From the NCBI GenBank assembly GCA_951406725.2, contig OX597831.1, forward strand, positions 58,032,001 to 58,096,000: 64,000 nucleotides of DNA. Direction: 5' to 3'. The notes under the pieces were generated by a model. It did no database searches. It was not told the DNA's origin and saw nothing but the letters and a program-made list of their open reading frames with translations. Below, in pieces: positions 54,531 to 64,000 of the stretch; the stretch's first letter is position 1, and each line of letters opens with the position of its first letter. A program made the position numbers and the translations under genes. Source of the stretch: Octopus vulgaris (Eukaryota).

Positions 54531-55494
54531 GAACCTTACTGAGTGATGTTTTAACCCTTTTTGATACAAACCCTCCTGAGACCATCCCTGGTTCTATGAT
54601 ATAAGCTGTTTTGTTTTATAATGATCTAAATCAAAGACTTTCATCAAAATTTCTTATTAATTTTCATCAAAATTCCAAAGAGCAGTTTTGGTAGTGATAG
54701 ATTTACTTTACCGAATTCTTCATTATTTTCGGAATTAATTGAAACAAAAGTGTATTTCAACATTGAAATACAATAATGAAAGAGTTTATGTCAACAGAAT
54801 CTCTTCCATTTTTTATATATGTCTAAAGAGCTCAACCCAAACTTTTATTAACCCTTTACATATTAATGTTCTCAACTTTAGCAAACTTGAGAAAAGCTTC
54901 AATGTCAGAGAACCTTGTTTTATATTTCCCTGTAAATTTAAGGAGGTGTCTGTATATATAAAATTGTTAAATTTGGTAAGAAACAAAAACAACAACAACA
55001 ACAACAACAACAATAATAATATTCTGGTTAAAGTATAAATTCTAATACAATGTCTCATATTATATATCCCTAATTTAAAATACTGAAATTCATTAATGGT
55101 CCCTTATTGGGTTTTTTTTTTCCCATCACCAATTTCCAAAATCTTCATTAAAATTTTTTTATATTCCTTCTTAATAGAATTTAAACCATTTTTTTTCTTT
55201 GGTTTGCTTAATTTTTGCAAACATCAATAAAACATAATGAAAACAGCTAAACTGCAAAAAAAAGTAAAATTAGAAATTCTAATAATAATAATAATAATAA
55301 TAATAATTAGATAATAATAATAATAATAAAATTACTGACTCTATGTGCTTTTGCTTGTTATTTTTTCTTCTTTTGCTTGCTTTTATTTGCCTGTTTTTAT
55401 TTTGTCATAACCATTTCCTCTGAAATTCCTGCTTGTTTAATGTAGTGTTTGAGAAAAGAAAAGTTACAGTTTAGCATAAGTGAGAAAGGGACTT

Positions 55495-55721
55495 GACCCT
55501 TTTGTTACTGTATTTATTTTGAGATGCTCTACGTTTCTTTTAAATTACTTTAAATACAACAAAGATTTAGTAAAATAACTTAGTTATCATTTAGCTAGTG
55601 TTAAGAAAATAAATTATGACAAAAGTTCTGGTGGAAGATTTTAATTCCAAAGTGATGAAAACAAGACATTTCTATTCAGAGCCAGAGCCAGTTTCAGCTG
55701 GGTTGGTAATGAAAGCGTTAA
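55495..55721. mobile_element. piggyBac-like MITE
   Basis: Reverse complement of 36868-37095. Confidence 0.75.
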
Positions 55722-56226
55722 AGGATGACAAATAGTAATTATAATATAAAGGATAAATCAGAAAATTTATGAGATGTGAGAAGAAGGCGGAATACATCCA
55801 ATGGATGGGTGAGTCAGGGTTTGAGTGATGAAGGTGTAACAGAGCTGGCTGTTGCTTAACCCTGATTCAGAAAAGCAAAGGCATGCCACTTATGGTTATC
55901 CTGTTTCTTTTTGTTTTTGTTTTTACATGTAGTCTATTAGGAACACACTACCCAGTATGACCTTCTGTTGTCTTTAAACAGTAAATTATGATTTGAATAA
56001 GATTTTATTGCTATTTCTAGCTATTCTAGTGACAGTATAGAAGCTTTTTCTTCCCGTCATCCCACAAATGGCTAATTTGAAGAGCTGTGTTTGGTATAGA
56101 AGAAGAAGTGGGTAAGAGAAAGGATGTAGCATGAATTTAGATAAAGTATTGAGTGATCTGAAGTAAAGAAACTCACTGAACAGCTTCTAAATGATTAATA
56201 AGTATGCAATTTTTTTCTTTACTCAA

Positions 56227-56970
56227 AATCACTCAAAGCAAGGTCCTATATGATTTGCATTGGACAAAACACATCGCTAAAATTGCCAAGAAGGCTGAGG
56301 GTGTCTTGGCATCACTCACCAAGTCCTTTGTGAGCCGCTCTATGGCTATCTTTCTCCGGCTTTATATAGCTATGGTACGACCTCACCTGGAATTTGCATC
56401 ACTGGTCGGGAACCCCTATCTTGCCCAGGATATTAATCATCTAGAAGCCGTTCAGCGACATGCAACCAAGAGAATACCCTCCATCAGGCATTTGCCATAT
56501 TCTGAATGCCTTACTTCCCTGGGCATGGACACATTGAAACTCCGACGTCTGGCAACTGATTTGGCAGACACCCATAAAATTATTAACCATCTTACAAACA
56601 ATAACTCTGAGCACCTTTTCAAACTCCACCTGTCTAACACCTGTGGACATGTTTACAAAGTCAGAAAACAGCACAGCTCCCATGACTTTCGGAAACATTT
56701 TTCATGCTAAAAGTTGCTGAAGTATGGAACAAACTGCTGGCATCAGTTGTTAGTTGTCGGAGCACTGCATCCTTCAAAACTTCCATGCTTCCTGAGATTC
56801 GCCAACACTATACCTGATTTTCTCTCCTCCATACACATGCAAGCATGTATCTGACTCATACACTGTTTGCTTTCCAGACATTTGTACATTACTGCATATA
56901 CTTTATACACACTTTTGACAAGTTGTGGTACACCTGAGCACTGTATACAATAATTTCCTTATTATTATTA
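56227..56970 (+). mobile_element. CR1-type LINE 3' fragment
   Basis: ORF LYIAMVRPHLEFASLVGNPYLAQDINHLEAVQRHATKRIP (CR1 RPHLEY motif), followed by 3'UTR and (ATT)n. Confidence 0.9.
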
Positions 56971-57031
56971 TACCACTTCTAGGCAAAGAGTTAAAGTAGT
57001 TAAGTTGAATTAATGCCACAACAACTCTCTC

Positions 57032-57081
<50 letters not shown>

Positions 57082-57610
57082 CCTGCATATTTTAAACGGA
57101 AAATAAAATATGGTAATAAAATAATAAGGGTTAAATGAAATATCATGAGATGGTCATAAAAGAATTGAATGCAACCAAGTATGATAAATGAGTTAACATT
57201 AACCCTTTAACATATAAAGTGGCATATCCAGGCCAAAACTGGTCAAATCTGACCTATTACACCTATCCTACATTATTCTCAAAATAAACAATCACATCAT
57301 TGAAATCTCACATCTGCAAGATTTTGATTAATTAATTGAAATCACTGTGAATGAATAAGCATAAGCATAATAAACAAGCATTCAGTAGTCTGAATGCTAA
57401 GGGATTAAAGAAGCTAAAAAATTAAAACAAATGAAATGTAATAAAAAAGACAACAAATATATTAAAATGAAGGAAACCAGCAACATTAAGCAAGGTGTTT
57501 GTTAACCTTGAATTTAACAAGATCAAACATCATTTTGTTTCTGGTGAGAAAATATTCCATAATTCAACTCTTCTGGACAAAAATGCTTGTGTATGAATGT
57601 GCTCATGAGG

Positions 57611-58136
57611 TACCATAAATCCACGAGCATAATCCGCATTTTTTTCCCAAAATTTAAAGGTCAAAATCCCTAGTGCATACTATATACGAGGTTAAAAATG
57701 AAAAATATTTTCTAAACAATGTTCAAATCTCTATTTGCTGTCCGGCAGTGTTTATTCAGACGCATTTTGTGATGTCGAGTGCGAAAATACCTTAAGTTAA
57801 GCCTGAAAGCAATGAAGTCATAAAAGAATCATCCATAACTTGCAGTGAGCAACATTTATTAAAATAAAAGTATTCAGAACACAGAATAACATGTAACAAA
57901 AACAATTTGAAAACATATTTACATTCCCATATAACAGTTAAGAACATCACCATTATTGTATTATGCATGCACAGAAGTGTTTGTTTGACTAGGTGCTGCT
58001 GGCTTAATTACACACGACTCAAGTTGGAGAAGGAGTGCGTATCATACACAAGGTTTAAGTTTTTCAGAGGTACAGCCCCCTAAAAATCCCCTGTGTATTA
58101 TACTCAAGGGCGGACTATACTCAAAGATTTACGGTA
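57611..58136. mobile_element. pogo/Tigger-like MITE
   Basis: TA-ccataaatccacgagcataatccgc ... gcggactatactcaaagatttacgg-TA imperfect TIRs. Confidence 0.7.
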
Positions 58137-58715
58137 TTCGGGAGTGCATGTGCAATTCACCTAATTTGGTAAACTGAGTTATAATGGGAAATTCCTAGAT
58201 TAGTAAGACCAGGGTATCAAGCTCACTTGAATAGCTTCTTGTAGAAAGGGGCCAGACTTGCAAGCATTCCATCAAGGATAGAATGATTGGAGGGAAGAAA
58301 AGAGCTCATCACCAACCAGACAGCACATTTGATTCTTTAACTTTACCAAGAGTGAACAGTAGATGTTTTGAAGGAATTGACCCAAACAAATCTGGCTCTT
58401 GTAAAGATACAACAGAGCTTCAAGTGTTAGGAACTTTGTTTTTGAATGGTATAATGCTTTATGTATACGAACAGTAATGCATAATGGGAACAATCCAGCA
58501 TAATGGGAACACCGAGGCCAAGATACTTCACAGTTTGTAGCATTCTTCTATTGTTGTACTGTTACCATAGTCAAGATACTTGTAAAATGATGTGCTCCAT
58601 CAAGCCAGAAACAGATACTACAGAGCACTACTGTTCATAACTGCAACCATCACCAACTGCAGCCACCACAGCAGCAGTAACCACAGCAGCAGTAGTAGCA
58701 GCCACAGCAGCAGCA

Positions 58716-59085
58716 GAGGTGCAATGGCCCAGTGGTTAGGGCAGCGGATAAACGGTCAGAGGATCGCGGTTTTGATTCCCAGACCGGGCGATGCATGTGT
58801 TTATTGAGCAAAAACACCTAAAGTTCCACGAGGCTCCGGCAAGGAGTGGTGGCGACCTCTGTTGTACTCTTTTGCTCCAACTTTCTCTCACTCTTTCTTC
58901 CTGTTTCTTGTCCCCGACTTCCTACGCAACTGCTGAGCCTGGATGTGCATTCATCCACCTGTCAATGCTCTCGGTGTCGGGGGTTGACCTGCTTCCTCTT
59001 CTGCGGGTCTTACGAATAGCAAAGGACCACGTTTCAGACTTCTTCCATCTTGCGAGCTCTGGGCCGAAGACTGTTCGCTCAACAG
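58716..59085 (+). mobile_element. SINE family 'C'
   Basis: Colinear with the reverse complement of 10870-11247. Inserted in a (CAG/CAA)n tract. Confidence 0.82.
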
Positions 59086-59341
59086 CAACAGCAGCAACAG
59101 CAACAGCAGCAGAGGCAGCACTACTGTATAAAAGTCTTAACCTTCAGTTGTGAGTTCAAATCTTGTCCCGTGTAAAACCCAGCTAGAGAGACCTTCTCAT
59201 TCCTTTACTTCTCTTTGATGTTCAACACAAAGGTATTTTTCTCTTTCTGTCTATTAAAAGTGAATAAGTAGAATAATACACCACGATGCTGAAGTAGACT
59301 TTTAATTATTCAAGTCTTACAGCTTAGTTTACACTTTTGAT

Positions 59342-59625
59342 ACAGTTCTATATTTAAGAGATGAGGAATTATGTACATTATTTACGTTATTTACATTATT
59401 TACATTTGATGGATGTTTGTCCTCATCTTGTTTGCTGTTAACACAATGTTTGTTTCGGCTGATAGACCCACCAGCCTTCTTCAGGTGTCTTGGGGAAATT
59501 TCGAACCTGTGATCTCATTCCTAAGGTATTTTTCAATGTTATTATTATTATTATAATATTATTGGAATTGAACTCAGAATCTTGGGTTTAGTAGTCCGCG
59601 CTCTTAACCACTACGCCATATGCCC
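59342..59625 (-). mobile_element. tRNA-headed element carrying a hammerhead motif (copy 3, full length)
   Basis: Minus strand A box tggcgtagtgg, B box gagttcaattcc, (AAT)n linker, gacacCTGAAGAaggctgg..tcagccGAAAC, then an (aatgtaaat)n tail. Confidence 0.78.
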
Positions 59626-59656
59626 GTAGCATAACCACTATGCCATATGCCAGGGG

Positions 59657-59795
59657 AATACCTTAGGAATGAGAACCCAGGTTCAAAATTTCCCCAAGAC
59701 ACCTGAAGAAGGCTGGAGGGTATATCAGCCGAAATGTGTTAACAACAAACAAGATGAGAACAAATATCCGTCGAATGTAAATAATGTAAATAATT
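59657..59795 (+). mobile_element. headless inverted copy of the hammerhead-bearing element (copy 4)
   Basis: CTGAAGA at 59703-59709, stem II ggctgg/tcagcc, GAAA at 59731-59734, same tail. Confidence 0.75.
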
Positions 59796-60499
59796 ACACT
59801 TTTGATATTTGACATTTCGCATCACCGGTGACATTATTGAGCACAAAGCAAGCAAGCAGGCATTATGCAGGTTATTTCATTTTATTAAGGGTTTTCCCAA
59901 AGGGAAAGGTAGACCTCTGATCTTTGCAGACCTTCTAAAGCTGGAGGCAATGACAAAATTGAAGTTCATTTCGTATACCGGTAAATCCACATCTGATGAA
60001 AAACAGGAACAGAATGCCTTGTAGTATTTATTCCATCTCTTTGTATCCTGATCTTACTGTAACCTACCAGCCAGAGTGGCAGTACTTGGAATGAACTTTC
60101 TTATCTTCCATTTTAAAGGGTTACAGAATTAACACAGATTAGAGGAACATAAATTTTTTTCCATGGAAAGATAGCTTAAACTGTGCTCTAAATGGAGGTG
60201 TAGTCAAATCCTATTTTATGGACTCAACCATGTTCTAAAATAAGTTGAAAGGTAAGCTGCTATAAATCGGCATGAACTTTCCAGACAAGCCAATATATAT
60301 ATCTTCCAGTGGCATACCAAAAGCACCCAGCATACTCTGTAAAGGGGTTGACATTAGGGAGGGCATCAAACCATAGAAACCAAGCCAAATCAGACTGGAA
60401 CCTGGTACAACTCTCTTGCTTATCAGCACTGGTCAAACCGTCCAACCCATACCAGCATGAAAAACGGACGCTAAAGGACGATAATGATGATGATGATGA

Positions 60500-60535
<36 letters not shown>

Positions 60536-60539
<4 letters not shown>

Positions 60540-61033
60540 TTGGAAAAGGATGTATGACGTTCGATCATATAATAATATAGATAGTATATAAATATATGCA
60601 TATATACATATATATATATATACATACCTACATATATATGTATATATACATGCATATATGGGTACAGGACATCAAAAACGTAGACATAATGAGAAAACAA
60701 AAATATAAAAACAAAAACAGAAAATGAACTTTTTTCGAACAATGAAAACAAACAGAGAAATGAGACATGCAACACAAAGAACATTCCCCTTCATCAGTTG
60801 TCCCTGTTTCATCTACTCCACGTTTTGAAGGTAAGTACAATATGCAACTTCGTTGAAACAGTCCTTCCTGTAAAGCAAATTAAATAAAATTTGGAATTTT
60901 TTGCGGAGGGTGAAAGTGGTAACAAAAACAGGACAATGAAAACAAGACAGTAAAAACAAATGGTGAGGGCTGTTAAGCCAAGACGATGTGAAAAAAAGAA
61001 AATAGATTGCCTTTCGTCACGAGTCAAAGAGGA

Positions 61034-61082
<49 letters not shown>

Positions 61083-61480
61083 GAACGGTGAAGGGGAGAG
61101 GAGAAGAATAGGGAAAGGGTAGGAGAGAAAACCAGAAAGGAAGAAGAACCAGAGAGGGAGATAGATAGATAGAGAAGGGATAGAAGAGTGCACATTGTAA
61201 TCATTGAGATAAAACTTACTTAGAAAAGGATGTGTGGCATTCGATCATATAATAATAATATAAATAATATATAAATATATGCATGTATACATACATATAT
61301 ATACATACCTACATATATATGTATATATACATGCATATATGGGTACAGGACATAAAAAAACGTAGACACAATAAGAAAATGAAAACATAAAAACAAAAAC
61401 ATAGAAAACGAACTTTTTTCCGAACAATGAAAAAAACAAACATTCAGAGAAACGAGACATGCAACATAAAGAACATTCCC
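60536..61480. repeat. pair of ~250-bp direct repeats (possible pLTR-like element)
   Basis: 60536-60790 and 61212-61480 share aaaaggatgt..ttcgatcatataata..gggtacaggac..gagacatgcaaca..gaacattcccc. A third partial copy is at 29835-30000. Confidence 0.6.
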
Positions 61481-61962
61481 CACACAGTATTTGTTGAATT
61501 TCAGCAATTCAATCACAAAACATTGGCCAACTCAAAGAACTTGCCCAGGGTGTCATGCAGTGGGATTAAACTCATAATCACATGGCTATGAAGTGAACTT
61601 CTTAAACACACAGCCATGCCTGTACCTACTGTATCAGCAATGTTAGCTTACAGAAGAAAATTAAGACATGATATGTCAGGTACTAAACGCATTTGTCAGG
61701 TACTAAATGCATTTGATAATATACATCTATATATATAAAAGTGAGGTTGTGTGGTGTCTGTCTCCTACGATTTAGATTCCTAACTACTCCTACATTTTGC
61801 GGTGCACAATACATCTTTCATTCGAATAATATATATATTATTCAAAGGAATTTCAACTCTATCTGTTTTTTATGTTTTATTTATATTCTTATAATACTAA
61901 TGTAGGATATAGAATATATAGTATATATAGTAAAATGAAATGAAGTATTGAACAGATGAAAT

Positions 61963-62530
61963 ATCTTTATATATAAAAGTGAAGTTGTGTGTCTGTCTCC
62001 TACGATTTAGATTCCTAACTACTCCCACATTTTGCGGTGCAGTTTAACCAAAAGCGGGTATCTTATAGTCGTGATTCATATCGAGCCCTTCTGGGTATTA
62101 GCGCGCGTCTATGATGATTCTACGATTAAAAAAAAAAATTTACCATAATTTTTTCCCCTTTTTAATGCATTTTTTTTGCTATTATATAAGCATTTTTAGA
62201 GATATAAAGTATAATAGCCATCTCAATATGGCTAACCACAAAGGGGGGTGTTACTGTAGCTTTTTACGTTCTGAGATTTAATAATAAATTTTTAGAGAGT
62301 TACTTCCCTTATATATGCCAAAAATGGATTAAAAATGGGAAAAATTGATGGTAAATTGTTTTTTAAATTGTAGACTCATTGTAGACATGCGCTAATACCC
62401 AGAAGGGCTCGATATGAATCACGACTATAAGATACCCACTTTTGGTTAAACTGCACCGCAAAATGTGGGAGTAGTTAGGAATCTAAATCGTAGGAGACAG
62501 ACACACAACTTCACTTTTATATATAAAGAT
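61963..62530. mobile_element. foldback element with ~225-bp inverted arms and Helitron-like TC 5' ends
   Basis: atctttatatataaaagtgaagttgtgtg... and its exact reverse complement ending at 62530. A truncated copy is at 61724-61807. Confidence 0.75.
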
Positions 62531-63729
62531 TAGACATGTGATGACCTAAGGCTGAAATATATGAAGAGGAGCTATTGTGCTATATCATAAATCTGCAAGG
62601 CCCACTTCAGCACAGAAAAACTGAAGTTGAAATGATAAATATCATAATTCTTCTATGGAAAGTTTAGTTGTAAATAGTACCTTTTCAATGTATTGATATA
62701 TTAGTGCTTGAGTCAGACAATTGCTTACATAGAAGTGGCTTGGTTTAGTGAATAAGAAGGGGAATTACTGTTTATGAATTGCTGAGTTCAAATCTAGTGA
62801 TGGAGTTTTTGACTTGAACTCATGACTGTGTTGCATCAGTTGACTCATATCGCAGAAATAGGCACCAAATCATACTGAGATTTTATCTGAAATAAGACTG
62901 ATGTTTTATCAAGGTGGCATATCTTGATAAAACACCATATGATACATGTCATTAAACGAAAGCTAAACACCAGCTAAAGGTGTAAAAGCCAACAGTATAT
63001 ATTTCTCAAAACTATTTACTTGTAAATCCTTTATATCTTCTGTAACTTTTTACTCAACTACGTATTATAATGTCCTTCCATCTGTATTTCAGAACCACTG
63101 TGTTTCAAATCAACTATAAAAGAAATAACATTTCTCTCAACTTTATAACTTTATAACTCACCAAACAACTTATAAATAGTCTGTTTTAGTGTCCACTTTA
63201 TTGCCCCCCCCCTTACATCAAACTGTTCTTTGTAACTGTTTACCTTCCTAGCTCTCTTCTTTCCAAACAGTTTGCCCACTTTTTATAATATCTGCTTTTG
63301 TGTTATGTTTCTTGATCACCAAAGTGTCTACCCATAAAAACTCTTTTCTTCAACGTCTTCTTCATAGCTGTTCCCACTTTCTGAACACACAATGCTAAAA
63401 GCAATGTGTAACAATGAGAGAAATAGTAGTAGTCCATAACCATAATCCACAAAACTTTAAACTGTTTAACACTTCTAATGTTGAAGAATTACAAAAAATT
63501 TGATATTCTTGGTCTGTGGTTCCCCAACTTTTTTGACTTGTGACAAGGCAGAAATCAAACAAAGAATTACTTGAGTATTTCACATGGCAATTTAAAAAAC
63601 AGGCAAAGCAAAATCCTGTTTGATAGTTGAACATTTAAAAAAATTATAGAAAACCATTTCATCACCTCAGGAAATTGATATGAACAGAAGGAATACTACA
63701 AACAATAATTACAACAGCAACAACAATAA

Positions 63730-63945
63730 TCCTTTCTGCTAAAGGCACAAGATCTGAAATCTTTTGGGGGAGGGGGCCAGTTGATTAGACTGACCCCAGT
63801 ATGCAACTGGTACTTAATTTATCGACCCCGAAAGGATGAAAGGCAAAGTTGACATCGGTGGCATTTGAACTCAGAATGTAGTGATGGGTAAAATACTGCT
63901 AAGCATTTTGTCCAGCATGCTAATGATTCAGCCAGCTCACTGCAT
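63730..63945 (-). mobile_element. SINE family 'A'
   Basis: atcgaccccgaaaggatgaaaggcaaagttgac...ttgaactcagaa...gccagctc. Confidence 0.8.
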
Positions 63946-64000
63946 TTATAACAACAACAATAATAATAATCTTTTCTATAATAAGCACAAGGCCTGAAAT

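Noticed and set aside
58716-58790. tRNA genes at SINE heads (also 11180-11247, 20772-20845, 38496-38555, 59560-59625)
   Set aside because: They have A/B boxes but no complete cloverleaf and run directly into SINE bodies.
59809-60024. Non-repetitive short ORFs (also 63395-63634) as exons of a second gene
   Set aside because: No recognisable domain and no consistent splice or phase chain.
60780-60870. CTGATGA and GAAAC-like motifs on the minus strand
   Set aside because: I could not form hammerhead stems in the correct register.

Overview
AT-rich, microsatellite- and retroposon-dense eukaryotic DNA. The SINE families and the (TA)n/(CA)n/(TACA)n load suggest an octopus (coleoid cephalopod) genome; this is an inference. 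The only host gene I can support is the 3' part of a JNK-interacting protein 1 homolog (JIP1/MAPK8IP1/Aplip1) on the + strand. Seven GT-AG exons with consistent phases (6176-33822) encode an SH3 domain, a PTB domain and the C-terminal PTEDIYLE kinesin-light-chain motif. The rest is tRNA-derived SINEs, RTE/CR1/RLE-type LINE fragments, mariner/Tc1 relics, MITEs, foldback palindromes and simple repeats. Almost all entries in the ORF track are microsatellite artefacts. The most interesting signal is a tRNA-headed (Pol III) short element carrying a Penelope-type minimal hammerhead ribozyme motif. It occurs four times, as two divergent inverted pairs (43825-44658 and 59342-59795). Further hammerhead-like motifs lie in the last JIP1 intron.
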